A DNA stretch of 64,000 nucleotides from Gammaproteobacteria bacterium (lineage in GTDB: Bacteria; Pseudomonadota; Gammaproteobacteria; JAJFKG01), in NCBI GenBank assembly GCA_965116795.1, contig OZ220716.1, forward strand, positions 1,226,503 to 1,290,502, written 5' to 3'. The translations under genes and the position numbers were made by a program. Positions 29,501 through 36,758 of this stretch are shown here, piece after piece; positions within the stretch are counted from its first letter, which is position 1; each line of letters starts with the position of its first letter. Under the pieces are notes generated by a model that ran no database searches, was not told the DNA's origin, and saw nothing but the letters and a program-made list of their open reading frames with translations.

Positions 29501-30705
29501 AAGATAATAGTTATGACCCAATTAATCTGCCACACTTACGCCGAGTAAACATCAGTGACAATCTTCAATTATGTGCGATTGCGGTTCAATCACGCGCATT
29601 AACATTGGCAACAACCAAGCATAACCCGCTACTTGCGGAGTTAACGTTGTTCTGTGAAGGGCTCAAGGCATTGGATGTGAGTGGTTGTGCACAATTGACT
29701 GATAAGGGCTTACAAAACACGTTACAGTCATATCAAGCCTTACCAAGATTGAACGTAGATAACTGTGCGGCGATAAATACTGAGTTATGGCATTGTGTGG
29801 CATATGTTAGTCAACAGGCGGTATCGGTGTTCCCACAATGGAACTTGAAAACCTGGAAGCAAGCTGGGTTGTTATTGTTGCCGTATGCCTCTGATAGGGT
29901 GGTGCAGATTGATAGCGGTGCGATTGAACCTAATCAACTGACTGTGGTGATGGGGTTAGTGGCCTCTAATCCGGGTGCACACACGGTGCTAGTGACTGTC
30001 TCACCAAAGTCCGTAGCTACTGTATTGAATCCACTGCTCGCATTATTAAAAAACAACACCGCTATAGCGGCACTGTGTATCACCGGCGCTTCGCTCGATA
30101 ACATGATGGCAGAACACATGATACTGGCTGTTGCCACATGTGGAAATCTTCATACCGTAGCGCTGACGGTGGATAACAGCCAAGCGGCCATTGCTCAATT
30201 GCAACAGGTGACGCAGTTAACCCAAGTGATGGTCAATGGAGTGAATGTGACATCGCTATTGCAAGCAGACAAAGCTACAAATGGAGTGGCGATTGTTAAT
30301 GATGCAAGTGGGCAACAGGCGATGAGTGTGGATGTGTTGGCATTAGCGATGCAGCATGAATCATCAGCAATACGTCAATCAGCGGCCAATACGTTAGCGT
30401 TGCTCAGTGCGGCTGGGAAATTGCCGGAATGCAAACAACGTATCGCTGAATTATTATCTGGCGAAAATCCAACGCTATTAACGGTACAACACGCTGAATC
30501 AGTGAACTCATCTTCTTCTGTTTCCATAGTGGCTAGCAGTTCATCATCGGCAGCGTTAATTAGTCAGTTCAGTGGTATTGCTCAACAGCAGGCAGGTGAG
30601 GTTATCAAAGAGAAAGAGCGGGAAAAAGAAGAGGCGAGCGATAGTGATGATGAACATACTAATGTGGCTAAATCTTCGCAGCAAATAGCTATGAGGCTTG
30701 GGTAA
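23506..30705 (+). CDS. Giant eukaryote-like multidomain protein (WD40 x7, SEL1, two atypical kinase-like domains, ankyrin, LRR); candidate effector
   Basis: Seven ALAVLPNGLVVSG repeats; AQYQLGLAY..GVEQDM..A..W SEL1; two DGK.DN...IDND segments; NTALH/GYTPL/ETALD ankyrins; LDVSGCAQLTDKGL LRRs; acidic C-terminus. Confidence 0.85.
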   Translation: MFKGSKKGVGDRELAEKAEKWLDTCEGGHSGEIHALAVLPNGLVVSGGVDATIQCWQVAEGEKVKYLMHLAAWETHCSVYALAVLPNGLVVSGGAGKTIQCWQVGGDGKAQYLATWEGHSWRVYALAVLPNRLVVSGSGDKTIKCWQVGEEGKARCLATWEGHLGEIRALAVLPNGLVVSVGFGEIKCWQVGDDGKAQCLATSKTHSNKIYALAVLPNGLVVSGGFGETKCWQVGDDGKAQCLATWEGHRDRVTALAVLPNGLVVSGGYMDDLIECWQVGDDGKAQQLDSWFGGYFSYTVDALAALPNGLVVSGSSRSYSSAGELRCWQGVFAPVVELQQRAEDREAFAQYQLGLAYYTGRPGEGVEQDMGKAVDWWQLAAGQGFAKAQQRLQEAQESMSQLAPASPQDNVWQCLKIQRQARKQDSVIEKGKMIEEDTAAVDLPASSFLSVSDSDGAVIESGMMCEVNGHVDEGISAPGGVGVGSAELMIEADLKLVPSSDVSQWQMTLTAYQLTCLLGAWHSELVACVNALGVFSADTDTLLQVDKHSRALAELYALMKQSATVDVHVYSVLMKVLGRCVPVYQLVGSDDGVEAVLLRLEQVALLVHQAIDVVGQAHWLLRHQVLRRLQVIASEYAVVSKLIAESGDVALRRYQGRASIAVLGEGYYHAPVAVARQLLCVDEMGKEVKANQAGSHAVVALNGVHYKPNSKAEFPINPGKEHAVSSLMQLIAGQSLAAAPSTLLSVSNVPIQAQGKEKQMTMTGNLVQGGLTVTGMCFKDFIECREALASWQARLSTKTIIALLEDAQCGFQKALMVAKQAYPSVFGAVDMSVESERAALSERLREAFESVCAGKAVEAQLRDIAESAGRPEANRGRIFRGLFESFLSAGGTVDALRALLGVIGQTPELMAGNDIAGLLQQFKQAKRIVKLLPNTPLANALAIVPQLLTERYLDTEAMSALWIGLLLTIPCDGKFDNFMLQLDYGADKQLQRCRIVAIDNDLSLKMPFSVNEEGQLSLELKNLLIVLPELMNLPIHPAVRRHCLSLSPEGWYLTWLSVLAKGDSDYQQWLAQGTVSETALKAIDIPVQLKSQVWQFIKTRWQELHTLLQSDAKVTLGQCFTKLYPLVDKAYQGLTQLDSPLPGPLAAEANLYQFFKIGGSCPVERLLPKGWPDELAQTQCADKASPVISANQQVMQEVVQLDWAKIAPSEQWPRVEALSLLPGLTLQDWQGMTEEHITSRLQGWFRDAVGRGRPFVAQRLLDLGASVSLPDESENTALHQFCASYLNYEDSETVRLMSHVLLSHHSCQPNQYNASGYTPLLQWVNVTPEPEQLTPAQLNSASVLLEVLLIHGANLEAKDAFKHETALDKTMKQGREKWHWFEVLVNKGAGVHANGEVIVKRLHESGILAKRPALQAALKQLTELNLSVAWTLSQQVWQSSSGKQSKSAIVVNGSRCGEVVLPQAIAKGLLTDKQVFNVKGETTDYGRRVVKAIEHDNAKWHVKENPEMPGIEMAVGALSRLLFGEHTAPNEVFSFFDVKGVGYPVLISQTVQGANLQTVLNDPKKAHTHEVLQQLHPQYTSEQIILAMLVHPEDGKPDNYQLLEMKTTRPDGKDSTQYRLIGIDNDHAFVKPVMIEKGHRKLQVKCVLFCLDTMRRPVHLAVRQRLLHLNPVTFLESWLDQLIAYHEGSMKLFDKKARQRLFKVKTDLKQLARKVALREVRERLPVVVTVPFRDGAITELWDRLVRMQDALRDNPMITHLQLLKAITPSLGMIYDEAFEVHEEPFEVAERFHEVANTHYSTAIAGRYATLTTSRQALEAAGFSDKEQKALLEEGDKSASFTPRHALFQLRQGVEQKAKIATTIDRLAKGDMSVFEQILSEQVKEDVVNRLDFSKMLIAGGKQPDIAKQKAILKLIINEQIAFHTLSIRHCGALTDDMLISLLKNAPELSRLTLIDCPQLTDKLGKTIEKLTPNVTTLTLRQLPNLEGLGNKVVARGANQDNSYDPINLPHLRRVNISDNLQLCAIAVQSRALTLATTKHNPLLAELTLFCEGLKALDVSGCAQLTDKGLQNTLQSYQALPRLNVDNCAAINTELWHCVAYVSQQAVSVFPQWNLKTWKQAGLLLLPYASDRVVQIDSGAIEPNQLTVVMGLVASNPGAHTVLVTVSPKSVATVLNPLLALLKNNTAIAALCITGASLDNMMAEHMILAVATCGNLHTVALTVDNSQAAIAQLQQVTQLTQVMVNGVNVTSLLQADKATNGVAIVNDASGQQAMSVDVLALAMQHESSAIRQSAANTLALLSAAGKLPECKQRIAELLSGENPTLLTVQHAESVNSSSSVSIVASSSSSAALISQFSGIAQQQAGEVIKEKEREKEEASDSDDEHTNVAKSSQQIAMRLG
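23581..24492 (+). repeat. Seven near-identical ~129-141 bp WD40-coding repeats
   Basis: TTGGCGG(T/C)GCTTCCTAAT(G/A)GG and TGTTGGCAGG each recur seven times. Confidence 0.93.
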
Positions 30706-30838
30706 AAGTGTTTGAAATGCCAGCGTGCTGCCGAGTGCTTTCTGTTGCGTCACTATAGAATATGCCTCACAAGCTCTGTATCTGAGATTTAGTGAGCTTT
30801 GTTCTCGCATTATGGCGATAGATTGAGTATAATTGGGT

Positions 30839-31713
30839 GTGCGCCACGAGGCGCTGTGTTAGCTAGTGGTTGAAAGTACCGCCGGTGAAGTGGAGCCCAC
30901 CACACACCGTACTGAGTCTTGGGCGAGCTGTGGTAACACAGTTGGTTAAGCGTAGATAGGGAGATATTAGGCCGTAGGCATAAGCCGAAGTGATTGAGCC
31001 TCGTAATATACTTCTTTGGAGTGGTCGATGGTGTACTCAAGCCAGAAGACAACATTGTACATGACGAAAATGGGAAGCCATGTGCAATACTCCCGGGGTC
31101 GGAGAGCATGGCATGATATTAAAGCAATACAGTGAACGTGGGAGATCCTGATTATTCGCAAAGGAAAGCGTATTAGGCAACAAGCGTAAAAGCAAGGCGT
31201 CTGAAAAGATAACCAGGAAGTCAGAGGAGGCATACTATTGAAGAAGATGGGTAATGCCATTGGAGAGAAGGCCTCCAGGCAAGCAACACCTTGAGAGGGA
31301 AACGTGATGAGAACAGCAGATTCTCAATTAACAACGGCAACGCAACTTGAGAGGATAGCTTGGTTGTCCGCGCAAGATAAGATGAAGATATTTAGCAATT
31401 AATGCGGGATGTCAAAGTCGATTACTTGCGGGCATGTTACCCCCTGTTGGATGGAAGACAGCAACAGGAGTAAGTGGGATGACAAAGGAGCAATATGATA
31501 AACGAGTTTATCATCGGCTTTTTTTGAGTTCACAATCGGTGAAACGGAGTTTGTCGTGAGCCCATTGCCTTAATAGGGCACGATGTGGATCTAACGAGGG
31601 GCTGGGGTACAAGTGAACTATGAGCAAGATAATTTGACACCATCGTAGGAAACGAGATGGAAACAGTGAAAACGAACTTTGCTCTAAGGTGTACGAGGAA
31701 CCAGTCTACTCAC
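30839..31713 (+). ncRNA. ORF-less group II intron (IIB-like, 875 nt)
   Basis: 5' GTGCG; EBS1 ACTCAA (31035-31040) pairs with IBS1 TTGGGT; EBS2 TATACT (31007-31012) pairs with IBS2 AGTATA; domain V with AGC triad at ~31558-31591; 3' end CTACTCAC; no RT ORF. Confidence 0.9.
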
Positions 31714-31737
31714 TCAATTGTGAGAGAAGGGGTTTCA

Positions 31738-31824
31738 ATGACAACGCGGTATCTGAATCCGAAAAACGACTTGATTTTCGTGCAGTGGGAGGTTGGCCTA
31801 AAGCCTCAGATTTCGACAAGTTGA
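31738..31824 (+). pseudogene. N-terminal remnant of an Rpn-family (PD-(D/E)XK) nuclease
   Basis: MTTRYLNPKNDLIF resembles the family start motif (L)DPKND..F; purine-rich RBS; stops after 28 aa. Confidence 0.55.
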
Positions 31825-31882
31825 TGTAGAAGTGTTACGCTTTAAACTTTAGCACTGATTAATGATGCGGAGGTAAATCGCT

Positions 31883-32104
31883 ATGACAGCCAAGAATCCA
31901 CGAGTGAATGTGACATTTGATGAGAAAGCAGCAGGATTACTGGCTGAGCTTGCTGAGCAAGAGGATAAGTCGCTGTCGAGTTTGGTTCGAGAATTGGCTT
32001 TAGAGGCACTCGAAATGCGGGAAGATTTCTACTTGGCTAAAATAGCCAGCCAGTTGGATAAAAAAGGTGCTAAAATATGTGGGCATGCTAAGGCATGGAA
32101 ATAA
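31883..32104 (+). CDS. RHH/CopG-type antitoxin
   Basis: RVNVTF..L..LAE.EDKSLSSLVRE ribbon-helix-helix; overlaps the toxin start. Confidence 0.85.
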   Translation: MTAKNPRVNVTFDEKAAGLLAELAEQEDKSLSSLVRELALEALEMREDFYLAKIASQLDKKGAKICGHAKAWK

Positions 32105-32364
32105 CCTATGAAATAAAATACCTAGAAGAGGTAGTCAAAAAACATATTCCTAAACTGTCCTCACCAGCGAAGATACTCATTAAACGAACCATTGAAGAAC
32201 GGTTGATGGCGGATCCGATTCGTTTTGGAAAGCCGCTGCGCTATAGTCTCAAGGGACACAGGCGCTTGCGAGTGGGTAACTACCGTGTAGTTTATCGTGC
32301 TGATCCGCTAACAGCTATCGTGACGGTTGTTGCAATTAAGCATAGGAAAGAAATCTATGAATAA
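32095..32364 (+). CDS. relE: RelE/ParE-family toxin
   Basis: GKPLRYSLKGHRRLRVGNYRVVY and HRKEIY motifs. Confidence 0.9.
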   Translation: MEITYEIKYLEEVVKKHIPKLSSPAKILIKRTIEERLMADPIRFGKPLRYSLKGHRRLRVGNYRVVYRADPLTAIVTVVAIKHRKEIYE

Positions 32365-32461
32365 GTGTCGTGTGCGCAGTGAGGAGGGCTTAGACCCCGA
32401 TATGGTCACAAAAGCAACAGGCCTGCCTGTGGATAAGTTTGATGAACCTACTGAAGAGTAG
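32357..32461 (+). CDS. 34-aa ORF resembling an Rpn C-terminal tail
   Basis: EGLDPDMVTKATGLPVDK resembles the Rpn C-terminal G.D.E.I.K.TGLS motif; overlaps the toxin stop. Confidence 0.45.
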   Translation: MNKCRVRSEEGLDPDMVTKATGLPVDKFDEPTEE

Positions 32462-32995
32462 GTAAAAACATCATTAAAATCATGATGTTATGAAAAAGGC
32501 ATTTTTAGCAATTTTATGGTGCACTACTTTCTATGGCACGCCACTAACCATTTTCTAACCTTTCTGTAACCAAATCCGCCATCCAGAAAAGCCTTAGTAA
32601 TACAAAGGTTTTTTGGCATAACGCCATGACTTCGAAACACCTAATTTTGGCGATTTTTCGTGATTTTTCCTCCTAATATCGCCAATCCTCTGAAAAGTCC
32701 GTACTTTAGCAAACGAAGTACGGAGACATTAAGTCATGATGTTGTAGGGATTTGTCGCCGTACTAGTTCGAACTTGAAAGTGGGGGCGCATGGACAGTAA
32801 TGCGCTACTTTTGTGTGTACGGCAATTAAAAGCGTAGGTTCACTAATGTGCTTGAATTTCTAGAATAGTCCCTTGTTCTTGGACAGCACATCTATACGTG
32901 GGCGTTATCTTGTTGTTACAACTTACCGTTATTTGGCTGAAGCAGCGGCTAGAGGGTTGCAAGATAATTGAACATGACAAAAATTTTAAGAAGAA

Positions 32996-33790
32996 TTATG
33001 TTTGTGGGACAAGGGATGAATCTCCATCAAGGGACTCTGCATCGCCATTTTCATTAAGAGATTCTACTTTTTCTACTCCATTTTCTGGAGTCACATTGTC
33101 ACCTTTATCAAAAAAACGAAAACGAATATATTTATATTTTTTGTCAGAATTCGTAGATTTAGATTGATTGACAGAATGATGCTCCTTATTTTCTTTATCT
33201 TTATTTTCTTCATTTTCTAAATCAGGAGGCCATTGCCACTCTTCATTTGCTTCTTTAAGTCTCTTTAATCTTGCCAACTTAATTGGTGTTGATTGATTAG
33301 GGCAAATATTATATTCTTTTTCAATTTTATCTGGTACTCTTTCCGACAAATTTGATTGCAATTTCTGCATTGTTATTGCATCTTTCTTAAATTCTTCTAC
33401 ACAAATCTCAATACAATCTAACGCTATCTCTGATAAAATTTCAGCATATCGAATATGTTTTTCCTTAGGTGGAAGTGGTTTCACTTTATATTTAAGCGCA
33501 CTAATGTTAGAGGGATCTTTTCTAAGAAATACACGTACTCTTTCGTATAAAAAATCTTTCTTTTTATCTTTTTTCTGACTTTTGCCAGCAAGACTATTTT
33601 CCATAAAAATAGCTACTGTAACCCATTTGTCTATCTTATCTATATATTGAGCTTTATATCTGTCAATTATTACATTTAAGTTACCTAATATATCTCTTAA
33701 AGGTACGTGTATTTGATCTTCAGTAAACCCTTCATCTTGATAAGATTTAAGTGTAGCTTTCTTTGACTCTACGTAATCCTTAAATTCCAT
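32996..33790 (-). CDS. AT-rich orphan protein (264 aa)
   Basis: Long ORF with AAGGA RBS; strongly charged; no family recognised. Confidence 0.75.
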   Translation of the reverse strand: MEFKDYVESKKATLKSYQDEGFTEDQIHVPLRDILGNLNVIIDRYKAQYIDKIDKWVTVAIFMENSLAGKSQKKDKKKDFLYERVRVFLRKDPSNISALKYKVKPLPPKEKHIRYAEILSEIALDCIEICVEEFKKDAITMQKLQSNLSERVPDKIEKEYNICPNQSTPIKLARLKRLKEANEEWQWPPDLENEENKDKENKEHHSVNQSKSTNSDKKYKYIRFRFFDKGDNVTPENGVEKVESLNENGDAESLDGDSSLVPQT

Positions 33791-33825
33791 AAGTTATCCT
33801 TTAGATCTTAAAAATTAAATAAAAA

Positions 33826-35640
33826 CTAAAAATTCCCACTAGGACCACCCAAATTACTTTCTTCAGATAAGAAGTCATCCTCCTCATCCGTATCATCTTG
33901 ACTTAACTCATCTTTCATTGCAAACTTGCCTTCAATGTAATTTAAATTAGCAAACCGCTCAATACCATCTTTAAGTTTTTGCTTTTTCTCAATTTCTTCC
34001 TCTTCTAACCAATCTGAATGATTACTCCATCCTTGCCCACGATTTTTGTTCTCATTCACTGCTAAAATGTAGCCTAAAAATTGATCGACAATCTCTTCTT
34101 GTATATTCTCAGGAAGATAAACCAATCCTTTATAGCAGTTAAATATAAGTACAATATGCCTAGCGGCTACTTGATATAGTATTTCTAATTTATTCGTTCT
34201 GAACTGAGCATTTTTACTATAGTTATATTGTTTTGCTTTTTCTTTCCAATTTTCTGGTTTTATTAATTTTTCTTCGGGTATCATTGGATACCAAAATAAA
34301 AGGTTCATTTTGTCAGCAATTTGATTGATAAACTTTTGCTCATCACTAATGATTTCTGTTATGACTTCTTTTGATATTTTCTTACATTCACTCTCTTCCG
34401 ACTTTTCTTCTTCTTTACTTAACTTACCTGATGATTTTTTATCTATAACTGCAAAACTGTATCCAGCATACCCAAAGCCTCCTTTTATTTCACGATGTGA
34501 TAAGCTGCTTGCATGTTGCTCCAGAACAGCTCTTGCTTCATCAAAACGCCCTGCCAATTCAAGCAAAAAATCATTTAATACTCTAAGATCATTTTTTGCT
34601 GTTCTTTCTCCTCTTGATGGAGTTTCTTCTCCTCCTTGGCGTGGGAAAGAAACATACCGCATAATATTAGTATTTTCCAAGACAACTAATATTATTTTTT
34701 CTATCACTGCTACCAAATTGGCTCTATTAGAATGACGTATTGCATTTATATTTCTATCTAGCACTTTCTCACATTTTTCACGTTCAGTATCATCTTCTTG
34801 ACAATTTTTAAGATGCCTTTCAAAAATATTTATTATATATTGCCTCTCATCTTTCGAAATATTTTCTTCTTTTACAGCTTGAAGTTCTTCTATTAGTCCT
34901 TGCAATTTCTCTCCTTTTCCTTGTTTTTCTTTTTTCTCTTTCTTTTCATCTAAAAACTCACCTATACCTATACACTTCAAACCTGGGATTAAATTTTTGC
35001 TAAAATGTTTAGCATTGGTACTTTCTAAAATAGATAATACTAATTCCACATAGAGTGAATAAGCAGATACATGCTCCCCTTGAGCACCCATTGCAGTAAC
35101 AGGCCTATTCCTACCTTGACTTTTTGATGCAATTGAAGTTGCTACACCTCTACTATGCTCTTGGGATTCCGAGCTATCATAATTTCTTCCTTTAGCTGAA
35201 AGCGATGAAGATGAAGACACGCTTGCTGGCTGTTCTTGTACCAATGTATGATCAGAAGCTATTAAAGCTTGAACAGCGTCTTTTTTTCTTTCAGGAGATA
35301 TAAATCCATTCTCTACAAGATGCGCAATTACTGATTCAATAGGAACAGGCCTCATCACGCCGTCTAGAGAAGTTTTTGGAGTATTAGGAGAAGATTTATT
35401 AAAAAAACTTGAAGTGGCGGCAGCAAGACCCACTTTTTCTTTTTCCTTCTTTAGCTCTTTTAGTGATAAGCTTTTTAGTTCTTCTGACAAACCTCCTAAT
35501 TCTTTTTTTTCTCCCTTTTTTTCCTCTTCTTTTCCTTTCTTTTCCTTCTCTTTGAGAGATTTATCCGCTTGCTCTTCTGCTTTTTTTTTTGCTTGCTGAT
35601 ATCCTAATTTATCAAGAACTGATTTCCTAGGCATTTTCAA
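33826..35640 (-). CDS. AT-rich orphan protein (604 aa), effector-like composition
   Basis: Long ORF with GGAG RBS; K/E-rich N-terminus, Ser runs, acidic C-terminus. Confidence 0.8.
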   Translation of the reverse strand: MKMPRKSVLDKLGYQQAKKKAEEQADKSLKEKEKKGKEEEKKGEKKELGGLSEELKSLSLKELKKEKEKVGLAAATSSFFNKSSPNTPKTSLDGVMRPVPIESVIAHLVENGFISPERKKDAVQALIASDHTLVQEQPASVSSSSSLSAKGRNYDSSESQEHSRGVATSIASKSQGRNRPVTAMGAQGEHVSAYSLYVELVLSILESTNAKHFSKNLIPGLKCIGIGEFLDEKKEKKEKQGKGEKLQGLIEELQAVKEENISKDERQYIINIFERHLKNCQEDDTEREKCEKVLDRNINAIRHSNRANLVAVIEKIILVVLENTNIMRYVSFPRQGGEETPSRGERTAKNDLRVLNDFLLELAGRFDEARAVLEQHASSLSHREIKGGFGYAGYSFAVIDKKSSGKLSKEEEKSEESECKKISKEVITEIISDEQKFINQIADKMNLLFWYPMIPEEKLIKPENWKEKAKQYNYSKNAQFRTNKLEILYQVAARHIVLIFNCYKGLVYLPENIQEEIVDQFLGYILAVNENKNRGQGWSNHSDWLEEEEIEKKQKLKDGIERFANLNYIEGKFAMKDELSQDDTDEEDDFLSEESNLGGPSGNF

Positions 35641-35833
35641 ATACTCCTATTTCTAATAATAACTTTAAAAAAGTATAGCATTGATTATTTTTTTGATCTT
35701 AATTGTTTTGAACTAACAATTAAGCTAACTGAAGCCAAATGATAAATAAATATTGGCAAGCAATCAAGATAACCCCATTAGTCTCAATAATATAAACTTA
35801 AGTTTGCTCGATTTTTACATGGAGGTTAGGTCA

Positions 35834-36226
35834 TTATTCCTGCCAAATAGTCAGCCGGATAATCAATTTTCTAATAGCCGCTTTCCACTTGCGCCAAGCT
35901 GTGATTTTATCACAACCCATTTCACGTGCGATAGCTTTCCAGTGGATATGGTCAGCACGTCGCCATAGCAGTTTACGCTCATCAACCGTTAACCAGTGCA
36001 TCCAATCAAACACTCGCTCAAGGGAGGCTAACATTTCCGGTGTCGGTGGTAAGCGTAATCGCTTTGGCTCTGTATTAGCAATTTCGGTAGGCGAGCGTAC
36101 TATCTCAGGCCACGTGTGAACATACCCATTACTTTGCAACGGCGGTAATCGTCGTATTGTGATTACCGCACGCTCCAACTCATTAATAATCGCTTCTTCT
36201 GTCCATTTACGTTGTGTCATCATCAT
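35834..36226 (-). CDS. Phage HTH protein (DUF6362-like, possible late regulator)
   Basis: WPEIVR, W..WL...ERKLLW.RA and C-terminal HTH. Confidence 0.65.
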   Translation of the reverse strand: MMMTQRKWTEEAIINELERAVITIRRLPPLQSNGYVHTWPEIVRSPTEIANTEPKRLRLPPTPEMLASLERVFDWMHWLTVDERKLLWRRADHIHWKAIAREMGCDKITAWRKWKAAIRKLIIRLTIWQE

Positions 36227-36747
36227 GTTAATTGCTTTGCTTTTTTCAAATCAAATTGCGCATGTGCATAATGTAACAAGGCAATGGCATCAGCTTGATT
36301 ATCATCTTCTGGGTTATGTCCCAATGCATGTACTGCGGCTATAACAGCGGCTTTGTTTGCATTGCCTTTACCGGTAATGAATTTTTTAATTGTGCCAACG
36401 GGCACACCTTGATACGCAATGTTTTCTCGTTCACACCAACTGGTTAGCGTACTTAAGAAACCCCCGTAAACATGTGCGGCATCAACACCTAAGTGACGCC
36501 TCACTTCTTCGAAATACACTGCATCGATATGTTCCATGACAGCATGTGTTTCTTCTAGCCACTGACAAAAACGCAAGTAACGCATGCCACCACCTTCAAA
36601 ACGCCGTGGTTGAAAAGACAGGGTACCGCTGATGATGTGTGCATTGTGATTGGTAACTGCCCAGCCCGTTGTTGTGCCTAAGTCTAGACACAACAGGGCA
36701 GGAGATTTATTCTCAACATTAGTTTTGTTTGATTTCATCTTCATCAT
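36223..36747 (-). CDS. RuvC-like Holliday junction resolvase
   Basis: LDLGTTTGWA, FEEVRRH, VGTIKK..TGKGNA.K and DNQADA motifs. Confidence 0.85.
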   Translation of the reverse strand: MMKMKSNKTNVENKSPALLCLDLGTTTGWAVTNHNAHIISGTLSFQPRRFEGGGMRYLRFCQWLEETHAVMEHIDAVYFEEVRRHLGVDAAHVYGGFLSTLTSWCERENIAYQGVPVGTIKKFITGKGNANKAAVIAAVHALGHNPEDDNQADAIALLHYAHAQFDLKKAKQLT

Positions 36748-36758
36748 ATTTCCTTCCT

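Noticed and set aside
30810-31260. Minus-strand ORFs 30810..31109 and 30967..31260
   Set aside because: They are antisense to intron domain I and show no protein motifs.
32775-32812. tRNA remnant (GTTCGAA, TGGGGGCG)
   Set aside because: No cloverleaf can be built on either strand.
32996-35640. Calling the pair cifA/cifB
   Set aside because: No recognisable PD-(D/E)XK or Ulp1 motifs, and sizes do not fit; only the context is suggestive.
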